Both the position numbers and the translations under genes were made by a program. A stretch of 64,000 nt of DNA from positions 2,227,128 through 2,291,127 of the forward strand of contig NW_002060952.1 in NCBI RefSeq assembly GCF_000150275.1, in the 5' to 3' direction. This DNA comes from Trichoplax adhaerens (lineage: Eukaryota > Animalia > Placozoa). The notes under the pieces were generated by a model, which searched no databases, had not been told where the DNA came from, and worked only from the letters and a program-made list of their open reading frames with translations. Positions 1 through 12,500 of the stretch are shown here, piece after piece. Each line of letters begins with the position of its first letter. Positions within the stretch are counted from its first letter, which is position 1.

Positions 1-1653
1 CAGTAATAAGATAAAATCATTTGATTAATTTGTTTTACCAGTAGATTTTTTTATAAATAAAACGATCTCATAGATTGTAGCTACTTCCACATACCATAAA
101 TATAAAATACGGTACTATACAAAAAATTTGATAGTAAGATCCATATCACAATTGATACACAGAACAGCGTTACAATAGAAAATAAAATACTGATGCGGGA
201 ACCCCATTGGCCAAGGAATTCACGACACACGTCTGAAAAATCGTTTACTTTACGAGGCTCTTCTATAATATCAATACAATTTACGTTATGATGCTGTAAT
301 ATTAAACAGGAAATTGTGATATCTACCATAAATTAAAATGCACTCAAAGCAGCATTATTAGCAATAAAGAACTTTTAATGTATCTAAGGCATACAATATA
401 TACATATATATGTAAGTATTTATTCTTTACCACAGTGATTAACACTACGGACAATCAAGCAGCAAGTAAATAGCATAAGAGCATTCATGCCAACAATTGA
501 AATGATACCCGCAAGGAGCCCTGACTGTATTTGAAGAAAAATAGTTAAAGAGCAGTTATAAAATGTATTCGCTTGATTGTGAGGCTTTAATCTACTCCAA
601 CTAACGTGTCTGTTAGCGTTTTCTTAATTGCAATTAATCAAATATGCTTGCAATAATAGCCATACCTTGCTAAGTGCCCAAGGGGTACTTAATAAAGATG
701 TTCCCATTGTGATATTCCAGATAGAGAAACTGAGTGTGTTTTAATAGTAAAATAGATACCTTCTTAATATCGCTATTTTATCATCATAGTAATCAATAAA
801 AACCGTGTTAATCCAATCAATCACTATTAGATATAATATTAGGCGTCATCTATGCCAGTAGTTGTCTGCATTTGAAGATCAAGTAATGTCGTACTATTAT
901 TTACGCGTATGGTACTACAAAAATCTTATCCCATGAAAGACGTTCCTTTATACACTAAACAAAACTTTTTTGAAAATTTAAGAATCACTTCTGTAACACT
1001 AGTATAATCCAAAATACTTTTAGATCAAAACTACTGATATTTGAACACACCATGATACAGGTCCTTGCTTACTTACATAGTGATAAAGCTACTTTGGGTC
1101 TTTGTCCTCTTCTGTAGATAAAATATATTTGTAGGAACAATCTGAATCTCCAGATCTTCATTGACTTCCTACGTTGCAAAATACAAATAATTGTTGTAGC
1201 ACTGTAATATCAACATAACAATCATTAAATTATCTTATCTTTCAATAATGTAAAAAATTTTTAGTAACTTCAATTCTGGACAAGTTATATCATCACTAGC
1301 TACATATTAGGCTGCTGTTAATACGAATAACATTATGAGTTTAAGCACGGCCTATTAGTAGGGAGCCATATCACGTTGTAATTATTCAAGATTATTACAA
1401 GGCTAGAGCGGTCGATGATTTGATGGCCTGTCGAGACAATACGTCCATAAGTGACGACATTTACAATATTGATGTTTTTACGCAGCAATGTAACATAAAG
1501 AGTTATAGTGAGTGATATGACTCGACGGTGATTTATATCTACAACAGAACTGAAGAGGATTTTAGGCGTGATAGCTTATGATTGATCCACAGGATATATC
1601 ACTGTTTATACACAATTAGCAAATACTGTGGATATACGAATAAACGTTTTCAT
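1..1653 (-). CDS. SLC38A9: SLC38A9-like lysosomal amino-acid transporter, 5' part (continues off the left edge)
   Basis: Phase-consistent GT-AG exons 1077-1168, 666-729, 431-524 and 95-262 give EVNEDLEIQIVPTNIFYLQKRTKTQSSFITI-FSIWNITMGTSLLSTPWALSK-SGLLAGIISIVGMNALMLFTCCLIV..-..DFSDVCREFLGQWGSRISILFSIVTLFCVSIVIWILLSNFLYST. This matches recalled SLC38A9 TM1-TM3 (WNTMMGTSILSIPW; DVCRHYFG..WVLMSNFLFNT). The first coding exon 1627-1653 (MKTFIRIST) is tentative. Confidence 0.85.
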
Positions 1654-4160
1654 TCGATTTGTAGTCTGACATCATGAGGAGTGAAAAATTGAATTTATGG
1701 TGCACTACAGAACCTGTAATAAATATTGAGTAATATATCTATCATTTGTAAAACCAGGAACGAATATTTAAGAAAATTAAAATCTCGCTAATTATAATTT
1801 CTTTGGAGTTAAAAAAACCTAACATGCACAGTATTACTATAGTTATTCCTTTGGTTTGCTAGCATTCACGTACGCGTACAAGGATGTTCTGTCTAATGTT
1901 AACTCAGTATGTGCAAGTGATATGAATTAGGAGTCGATCGCACATGTACTCCGTAAATAATGGTAAATTAATTATCGATCATTTATCGGCTACTGCAATT
2001 ATCGTCGTTACTGTTATTCGAGGCTTGTACTGCAACAGATCATTGTTTGCTGGTTTCAATCCATACGTGTACGAACACGAATAAATCTACGCATTTATTC
2101 ATTTTTAATTAATTAATAAGGATTACATCTACCAACTATATTATTCATTCTATCGTAGCTATTTAGTATACTGTTATAGATGGGCTACAAATGAGAACGA
2201 ACGTATGGATATATTTGCAGTACCTACACTGTATTTAAATCCCTATTGGTTGGTTTGTAAACTGCATCAAACCTTGCGATGAGATGCAAATTTAATTGAT
2301 GAACTAAGTTGATCTTAAGCACCATGTTACCACGGGTGAGTAAGAACTAAAAAGGGGTTAGGTAGATGTTTATTTATTTATTTGATATTTTATGCAACAT
2401 GATCCAATTGGCTGGCCTTGAACTTATACATGAGTCATATCTGGAATTGTCCATTCAATCTGAGAAATAATACCTGAATTAGAAATCGACTAGAAGAAAT
2501 AACTCAGGATGAAGTAATGGACCGTTAGTTATTTAGTACAATGGTTTATTTCATGTTTAAGCACAGATTCTACAGCTTTCGATCTTCTGTCGGTTGAGTA
2601 CGGGAAATATTTTACAGACTAATGAATTTGATATTTAGTTTTGCTATAATAATTCAGTATTTTTACTAAGGCTATGATAGTGATCAGTAATTTATCGTAA
2701 AAGTAATATTAGCCCATAACTCTGTAACTTAATGATTATGTTAAGGCTTATAAACATATATTATATAGTGAAAGGCTATTGTAATACTATAGAATCCTGC
2801 TTAGACAATCTATTGCACTAGATCAGCAAGATATACGATATTAGGCAATTTTATCGTCAACGCCTTATCGCATAATAATAGGATAAAAACTCATTCAAGA
2901 TACACTATTTTTTGGTTACTACTTCAATTAGACTCCCATTTTAAATATCTTGTATTTGATTTAATGATTGAAGTATTATCATTCTTACGAATCGTTGATG
3001 TTGTGGATTAACCATGAATTAGTATGAATATTATTGATGAAATTTTACAATCGAATTGAGCTGACTTGTTGCATCGTTGTTCTTGTGTATTAAAGTTGAT
3101 TAAGCAGGCATACTTTGAAAGGATATTACTTTTAATATTTTGGTAATTAATTGCATCCTATACTCATACGTAATATGAAGCTATAAAGGAAGCTGATGAA
3201 GTATGAGTATGAATAGGTTAGAATACTAGTTTAAACGATTTTTATATCGTTTTTGGAGCAAAGTAATGCTGAGTCCATTGCTTCAGTTGATATTTGTTCA
3301 TTTAATCTATGATGTCACGAATGACGGCTTATCATTTTATTTTAAGAGAGAGTGCTAAGATCAGTATTTAAATATTGATTATTAAAACAATATTTAAAAG
3401 CCATGCTGGGAGGGTGGGATTTCGGTTATTATGGTCACTACTATGGACTACAAAAACACCGTGTCACTACCAGTAGAAGCTAATGTTGCTGTTAGAGTCG
3501 TCCATTTAAGGTCAATACTACTATCCACGTAAGTAAGTAGTGCTAGGTACTTTAGCTGGGCTTAATTAGTTAGTAGCATTTTTACTAATACGAGTTATTG
3601 TCTAAATTTGAACAGGATACGATTATTTTTAGGGTACATTATATCATCAGGATAATAAGAAAAGATTAAAGGGGGGTATCTATCATAGAAGGGAGATATT
3701 TAATTAAATTATCTTTGTTAAAGTTAGCTTCAAGGTGCAGTATGGTTTAACAAAGTATAACGAGCTAATAAAATAAAATTAACATCTACCCGCAAATAAT
3801 AAATGTAAATGAATGAATCATTGATGTACTACCATTGACTGCGTAATTAATGTTGGGTGTTAGGAAGCAAAAATAGGCCAACAGTTTTAGAATATAAGTA
3901 AATTTCTTATCATTGAAGGAAGATGGGTGTATCGATAGATCGATGGAATTAGTACAGTACGAGTATATTGATGTTAGGAACAACTAAAAGAATGTTGATA
4001 TCATGAAAAAAGTGATAAAGAGAATCATGATATAGTCATTGCTAGTGGGTTATCAGATGAAATGGTCATTGGATCCAGAAAGAGGCAAATTACCTTTGGA
4101 TTAAAGTATCAATTGATTTCCTACTTCATTTTGAGAGGGAAATTTAACTGCATTTAAATA

Positions 4161-6315
4161 TCATAACCACAAAGGAAAGTTTTGTCGAAATGATGGATTA
4201 ATGTAAATCTCCTTTATCCTCCATTCGATTTTATCCGTCGATAGCGAGCCTCTTCTAATTCTATCTACACAGCGCTGGTAGTATGCAATGCAAAGAGCTA
4301 ATGCTCATCTCTACAGTATATCGGTATCGAGTAGCTGAGAAGCCGTGCTGTCATGGATGCTCAGTAGATACTGATATTTTTCTCCCTTTACCGACTTGGG
4401 TAACTGCAATGTGCTGCGAAGCAGAATGGAATGATGATGGTCCATGCCACCATCGAATCCATTTGTCATGGAAATACCAATTTGGTAATACCCTTTGCAG
4501 AAGGAATACAGTTTGGTAATTTTTATTTCGCGATGGGAGGATATACCGCATGTGGAGATTGCAATTTTGCTGGTGCAGTTGGATGAAGGAGATATTTAAT
4601 ATGGGTATATAGACTCGTCAAATGCTGTTCGATCGATGATTGGTAAAGTATTTTTGTTCTTTGCTGAATAGGATTAGAGAATCAATTACGATACACTTGA
4701 TTCATTTTCCCTTCTAGCCTATAATTGTCGGACTATGAACTTCATTGAATTCATCAATTAATAATACCACTAATAGAATTACGAATCTATTGAAGCAAGA
4801 AGTACGACAACCCCTTAGTATAGCCAATCCGAGCATTCGACGGTAATGGTCATCATCTGGGATTATACTTTGCTTTTCAAAGGAGCGAGGGTCCACTGAA
4901 GGGTAACATGAGTGAAGTTCACTAACTTTAATGGAGTTGATTCTGTGAAAAAGATTTTTCTTCTTCTTTCTTCTTGATGATAGTGAGTTAAAACGAGAGC
5001 AGAATTAGAATCGATTACTTGCTCACTGAGCAAGAGTAAAACTCGATCGAAATAAGATTCAAATGACTCTACATTCACTGTCTAACGACAGTAATAAAGC
5101 CAAGAAAGAGGTAGTACGTATCGTACTATGTGATATTCTGTCTTGGATAGGTTAATCGAAGGTTATTATAGTAACGTCGTGGAATAGATTAACCTTGCGA
5201 TCAATCATTTTTTTTCCAACAGCAGTTTTAGCCAAGTGTTGATCTACAGTATATCGGACTAGAATAGGAAATGGGATCGCATGAAGGTGCGGCCAAAAGG
5301 TCAATGACATGCAGAAAAGTGGAATAACTCTTCAGTAAGAAAGATTCATAAGATGATGCAATCCCGACAGAGTATACTGTCTTGTCAAGGTAAAAACTGG
5401 GTCCGAAATGTGCCAGAGTGCCGAAATGCTTATGTAAACTACAAGCAGTGAATATGGAATAAAAGTGAAGACTGGCAAACTCTGAATCGATCTACTGTAC
5501 AGTATTACTATGGATGTGAAGACTAGGTGAAAATAAGTTGTGTAAAATGTCTCTCTATCCCATGTCATGTACTGCTATTAAAAGGGAAGAAAGCCTTGAG
5601 TAATGTTGGAATGCTAACCCATTATCAAGACTGATGATCGATGATAATAGCATAACATGAAGAGCCACTGCTGACTGCTGTAGTTGAAGGTGTTTAAAAG
5701 TGATATTAACCCATTGACACTGGAATGACTAAAGTCAGTATACGAGCATGGAGATTCTTGAATAGATCTATCTATATTTATTATCGATTAACATGACTAC
5801 TGTACCATCATTCATGAATCAAGTAGGAGAAATTCTTCTTGAAATAGACAGCGATAAATATTGAATCTAACCTGATTGAAGTAATTCTGCCATAAAAGCC
5901 ACATCAACATGGTGGCAGCGCAATAGGATTTCTTGCCAAGCTGTTGGAGTATGAATCAAGTCAATGATGGAGAGCAAGCGATTTGTTTTACCTATGTAAT
6001 CCTTAAACCTTGACTACAACGTCAGTTTTGGCTTGCTGATCAGTGTAGAATAGGATTTGGTCCTGTCTTCAGTCAGTCTTGCAATTGCTTCAACGGACCC
6101 GTAGGTAGTCCAAGCGGTGAGATGCGAAAATTACAATTCTTAAATCAACAACGAGAGCAATGTGTCAGTAAACTTTACCAACTACCAGGCTGTTTTAATT
6201 CAAATCAACACCACAGTGCTCTACTAGCAATGGACTTGTGCAGCTGGATAGAAATGGAAATTTTTTGGGGGGAGAAATCAACTGACAAGCATCTGCTGTA
6301 AACGTAACCAAACAT
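4161..6315 (-). pseudogene. Decayed long single-exon ORF (many in-frame stops, at least one frameshift near 5240), tentatively GEMIN4-like
   Basis: About 2.1 kb reads as a helical protein in essentially two frames, interrupted by stops. Several ordered motifs resemble recalled GEMIN4 (see findings). A candidate micro-exon ATG TTT G (6309-6315) and a phase-1 acceptor at 6243/6244 are present. Confidence 0.5.
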
Positions 6316-6450
6316 GAACTCTTGCTATACTATGCATACTAATATCGACGAGTGCATTGTAGGTAAATCAATTGACCTCGAACCCCCCGCCGAGTTTATT
6401 CTTTTATGAGTATGGCCGGCGAGACACCACTTCAGCCAATCATAGTACAG

Positions 6451-6955
6451 TACATTGTTCATAAAAGAATGAAAGAAAAGAACTCATTGTACAAAAAAAT
6501 AATCATTCTACCAACTCACGACTGGATAGTTGACCTATTCTACAGTCTACACAGTGTACAATGTACAGTACTATACACTATAGTATACAGTACATAGTAC
6601 TGTACTACATTGTTAACAAAAGAATGAAAGAAAAGAACTCATTGTAATCATTCTACTGTATACTGTACATACTGTACTGTACAGTATACTGTACAGTATA
6701 CAGTATACTGTATACTGTACATGTACTGTACAGTACAGTACTGTATGTACAGTATACTGTACAGTGTACAGTACTGTACTGTACTGTACATTGTTAACAA
6801 AAGAATGAAAGAAAAGAACTCATTGTAATCATTCTATACTGTACACAGTGTACAGTACATTGTTAACGAGAGAATGAAAGAAAGGAACTCATTGTCATCA
6901 TTCTACTGTACTGTATACATACTGTACTGTACTGTACTTTCTACTGGATACTGTG
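6451..6955. repeat. Four copies of a ~50-bp unit separated by palindromic TACAG/CTGTA microsatellite spacers
   Basis: TACATTGTTAACAAAAGAATGAAAGAAAAGAACTCATTGT-like units start at 6451, 6606, 6787 and 6856. A perfect 32-bp palindrome lies at 6690-6721. Confidence 0.9.
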
Positions 6956-9594
6956 GAGTCAAAACACTTTTCCATTTTTGACCCAGGTAAAAGAATCCAA
7001 AATCGTCAAGTCCTTAATCAATACTGTATAACCTTTCCATATTTCTTTTTTATACGCGATTGATCCTATCATGATTCATCAGTAGATGCAAATAGCATCT
7101 CGTAAAGTGCAGACTATACAGTCATTGTCCGCCATTTCCCTGTAATCGATCCCCCCAAAAATGCCACCAAAACGTCTCTACGTATGCGCTAGAGACCTAG
7201 CGTACAGTGTACACCCCCTGCCCTTCATTACTGTACACGCGATCAAGTGGTAACCTAATTAAGAAAGATCTTAGAAACAGGACCAAATAAGCAAATGTGA
7301 GGAAATCGAAGCGTTATTCGACGCAGATCATCTCTGGCTCAATCTGCCAGGTGCTCACCCAAGATCTGAGTTAATTTTGTTTACGAACTGGCAGATATGT
7401 TTGGACAAGTGGTCTACACTACAATCGTTTTCAACGGCACTTCTGGATATTGTACTGTACTGTATACCATAAGGAAATGACTGTGTCTAGTATAGAATCA
7501 TGGATTATTCAATTTCCTAAATAGACCCACCAATAGGTTACTCCATTTAGCAATCTGTATTAGTCATGCCGTCGATTTAATGCCATCAATTGAAGCATTG
7601 TAAAATATAGGGTTTTCCACAGAGAATGAAAAATAAGGTCAAATATTTTCTTACTCGATGACGTAGATAACGCACTCAATGCTTCCTACCAATGACGACT
7701 GGACTTGATTTGTATGCTAAAAACTGATCAAGTTGTTTATGTATTTGTTGAAATAAATCAATATTCTATTCAAAATAGAGCTTTATTTATACTAGTTGGC
7801 GAGTAAAATAGACTTGGCAATAAATACTCATTGAAGCATTCATCAATATAGAATTAAGCGACACAATTGATTGAAAAGGATGAATTCGTTTACCTAGTAT
7901 ATATTATGTAATATTATTTTTTCTCTTGAATAATATTAGTCAATAAATAAATAATGATTGTACTATATCAATTCTTCTGTACTGAACTGCGTAATGTCAA
8001 TGGTGTGTTATGCAAGAAAAGGACTTTAGATTATATTTATACTGCACTCATGTGTCGCTTCTTTACAAAAATTTGTAAGTTGTGAAATTGACATGGATGC
8101 TCTCGGTTATGGCGGGTGTGTCTGGCTTTTACGCGCGCTTTTACTATCAACAACTCCATTCCATGTTTCCATAGGATAGCATAGTTGCTAACCACTTCAA
8201 CTAGTATGCATAGTCTTCTTGATCCATTTTCATGCTATCATTTTTTGTGAATTGTTCAACTATAAATTACCTTTAGGCGCGTATTAAGCGATAGTAGAAT
8301 TACCCAGTGCGTCAGTGTTTCCTAGATCATAGATGTACTATACAACGACACGCTATATTGGGATTGACAGTAACATTATCCCTGTTGACAGGTTATGGAT
8401 TGCCTAGAAGACTATTAATTTGTAAAGCAAGTGCCTCTATATTTAGACTGGCGTTGAATGATTCAAACTTCATTGATATCTAGGATATCGGCCTATCCCA
8501 ATTGTTACTTAAAAATCACTAAAATAAGGATATGCATTTATACTGTATGCGCAGACGTGTGTGGATACGATGATGTATATGCATATGCTGTACTTGTGGC
8601 CCAACTTGAATTAGACTTCTACAACGAATGAGAACTAATATGTCTTCCAATAATCCTTGTCGTTGCTTGATGACTGAGGAATCATATATATTTTCACTTA
8701 ATCGAATTCAGACGTGCGTAGATACTCGTATACAATGTGCTATCCGACCCGAGTTGCATAAAAATCTTCGTACTAATTGATCATCAGGTGAGATGCATAG
8801 CAATAAATACTATCGTAATAAACACGATTTGACTACGTGCTACCTACTTAAAATAATGAATGAACATTATGCATGTATTTCACGATGGAGGCGAACGATA
8901 ATCAGAGGTGTTCATTACGATCTTAATATAAAACAATTATATCCCGCCGAAAAAATTCTCAATTTCTACATTATACAATATCACAGTCTACATGGTCTTA
9001 GTAAACACTCTTAAAAACTAATACCTAAACAATGAGACACATTTTAGACATATTGAAGATCATTTTATAAACAGACTTACAATTACATACTGTTTAACCT
9101 AGATAGATGTAGATATAAACTAGGATGGAAAATGTCCTATTTCTGTACTGTAATTTTATATAATTACAAAATGTACAAATCGGTACGACGTATCAGTTGA
9201 GATCGATGGATAGCTTCTACTGATGTACAAAGTGCTATCTTTGAGAAAACAATTAAAAGAAGAGTAGTTGGATGCAATGGTTGGTAGAGGCAGAAAATAA
9301 GGTACACTACAAAAGTTTCGCGTATATTGGTAACGAATAAACGTGTATCCATGACGTACAATCGGTCAATTTCTAGTATGTCTTCATTACCATTCAACAA
9401 CTTAAAGCGTAATATAGCAGAAATTACATATTCATCCCGAGCAGCAAATTTATCGATGCAAACATAAATCGCTATGTATAAAATATCAATCCCAAGACAA
9501 AATGAGGGAAACTTTCATTAGCACTTTAAAAATATAAACAAACTAAATTAATTTTAAATAATAATTTCATTTTATGCTAGCTGACTAATCACTA

Positions 9595-12500
9595 TTAAGT
9601 TAAACGCGATAATTGCGCTTTCAGAGATCGATATCGACTGATCATATTTTGTACAGCTATACTACTTAAGCTCATTGACTCCAGTTCGACTAAGTAACTA
9701 TCCACAGAACTTAACGCAGAAATGCAAAATTCTCGCCTGAAACAATAAAATAAATCACGTTATAGGAGAGTAAATATATAGAAAAATACGATATCATATC
9801 AATTCCTGTAATTTACTTACTTATCATCGGGGACTAAATCTTTGGCTTCGATCGAGGACGTGATTAAATTATGTATAACTAAAAACAGATGTAAAGGCTT
9901 TTTCACAGCTTGCCAAAAAGGATCCTGTAAGAAATATATATTTATCAGCAATGATACGATTTCAAAGTCTACAGTTGTAAGATCGCCTTATTGAAATAAA
10001 ATACTCTTACTTTTGCTCTAAAAAGTAAATTATAAGCAGTTAGCATGGTCTTCCGAGATATATCAATTCGTAACATAGTTTCATATGCAAGCCTTGGATC
10101 CCAATTCAATTCGCAACTCCGTTTCTCCAACAATGTCAATATGTACACTAACAAGATAGAAACTCTACTAGTAAGCATCTTAGCAAATTATCATAATCTA
10201 TGCAATTTTAGGATAAAAACATACGTAATGGAAAATACTGCTCCGAATGAGCATATAGGTTGCCAATTTCAGCTAATCTATTGGAAATGGAGCTCATTTT
10301 AGCTCCTTCTGATAACATTTTTGATCTATGAATTTCTAAAATAGACCACAAACGAAATACATTAATAAATTAGGTGAAATTAAATTTTAAATCAGAATAA
10401 AGCAGATATCACCATACCATAGTCTATAATGTCTTTCCATACAGTCTCTACAAGATTTACATCATTATGGCCAGCAGTGTATAGTATAGCGAGTTTGCAT
10501 TCAGCGAGATCAAATCTACTTGCAAAGTCCTTATACAGCTGCATATAACAAATGTTAAACCAATATGGTTACAGGGTGATGTAAACAGAAAATATACTCT
10601 TTACACTAAAGCTATCACGTAGCCAGTTATAAGGCAAGATTTTAATCTTAAATGGCTATATCTTACAGTACTAATATCAAATATCCCTCCATTTAATTCC
10701 CGTAAAGCTTCAGTATATTCCTGTAAGTGGCCTTTTTCTTGCTGAAGCAACACTAGCGCATCGTGAATTTTCGACTGAATACGAGCCACCTAAGTTAGTA
10801 CAGCAATTCAAGCATCGATATTAGCTAAAATACATAACTTCAACGGTTACCTTTCAATTCACCATTACCTCTAATTTCTCTTCTAATTCGTGAAGAAAAT
10901 CCCCAGCACTTCCACTAGCTCCAGGAAAGCTCGCGCTTTTTGCGCTAATAATTGCTCGAGATAAGTATTCAACTCGCTTTTGCAATGTAATATCCGTGCT
11001 ATCGAATGAAAACACAAACAAGTGTTTACAATACAAAATTACATACCATCTAAATGCAACCCTTTTATCTTACTTAGCTCCATTTATTAGTACCGACCTT
11101 GTTCTTTCTGCTAATTTGCTTAAGATTAACGAAGCTGACTGATATTTATTATTCTTTTCGTAATACTTCCATAATAGATCCATTGCAACTAGATTTGAAG
11201 GCTATAATAATAAATCGATTACATCTTGTGTAACTAAATGCATCAAAGCTCTAGTTTTAAGTAAATGGATGATTATTTCGGAAACCTGGGAGGTTGTTGC
11301 ACGTTTTAAATAGGCCTCTAAATAGACGGACGAAACCTACGATAGAGACAACAGAAAAGTTTACTTTTTTCTCAAGCTACAAATGAGACATGTATTTCAT
11401 AATTCTCATCGTACTTCTAACAGCCTGTCATGCAAATTATTTGCAATCAACCAATCGTATAAAGTTACATGAATCAGTTCATCACCAGAAGCGAACGAAT
11501 CACTGAGAACCTTTTCCATCTTTTCCAAGATATAAAAATATGAATACACGGATTAGCGGATTCGTCTCCTAGTAATTCCTATTGTTAGCTGCTAAACTCA
11601 CCATTGTTTCGGCCTCATTTACAGTTAACGTATTTAAATTCGTATTCGCTCTTTTCGAAGATACTGAACCTAAAGGTGACCGACTAGCATCGCTTACTGC
11701 CGCATTCATCAAGTAATCCAATGAATCTACAATACACTTGTAGTAGTGGCTCCTACGAATAATTATGCCTTTGTTGTAAACACTATCTGTACATCACAAA
11801 ACATAGACTACCACGTCGGGATGAACTTAGTGAATTCTCACCTTTTGGTAAAAGCCTCTCTACCTATGTTATCGTTAGGAGGATCGCCATTCTTATAAAA
11901 ATTTAAAGCATATTCCTTGACATCCTCTGCTTCAGCAGCTGTTAGAGCTAATTCAATCACACCTTCGAAGAAAAATACTACAAAAACACAAAAAGATGCC
12001 TTACTCATGTAAAGTTCATTTTTAATGACTTAAACTTCAAATTTAATCATACCATTTTTGTACTGTTGGCAGACCTGTGCCACGTCGACATGTTTAGTTA
12101 CTTGACGAAATAGCTGTTACATATAGAGGATTTGAAAACATTAAATAATAGTCAAAAATAAATGATACTTTTTTTAGCATTCAATATACCTGTAAAGATG
12201 ACCTATAGGCCAACTCAGCTTCCTTCATATCCGTAGATATTTTAGCTTGGTGCAACATCTCATATGCCTACGATTCGGACAATTATATTAAAAAACCCCT
12301 ATTCAGCATAAAATAGTAGCTAGTAAAACCAAACGCATATATCCTTACTTTAGAACATGTTGCATCATCACTGCTGTACAATGACGGGCATTTTATACGT
12401 AATTGATCGGTAATGGGATCCGTTGAAGCGTTATCCAGTAAGTACATATCAATTAACGCAGCAATTAGAGCATTCGTTATCTATTTTTGAAATGATTGGT

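Noticed and set aside
4330-4420. LPKSVKGEKYQYLLSIHD resembling a retroviral/Gypsy integrase core
   Set aside because: No catalytic D..D..E spacing, zinc finger, RT motifs or LTRs were found; the surrounding frame fits a helical protein better.
4161-6243. Alternative genetic code (TAA/TAG read as Gln) explaining the stop-ridden frame
   Set aside because: TGA stops and a frameshift also occur, and neighbouring genes terminate normally at TAA.
6451-6955. CRISPR-like repeat-spacer appearance
   Set aside because: Eukaryotic context, no cas genes, and the spacers are low-complexity microsatellite of very unequal length.
7275-7710. Weak resemblance of the remnant to C1orf109/CINP-type proteins
   Set aside because: Only a few scattered residues match; not supportable without a search.
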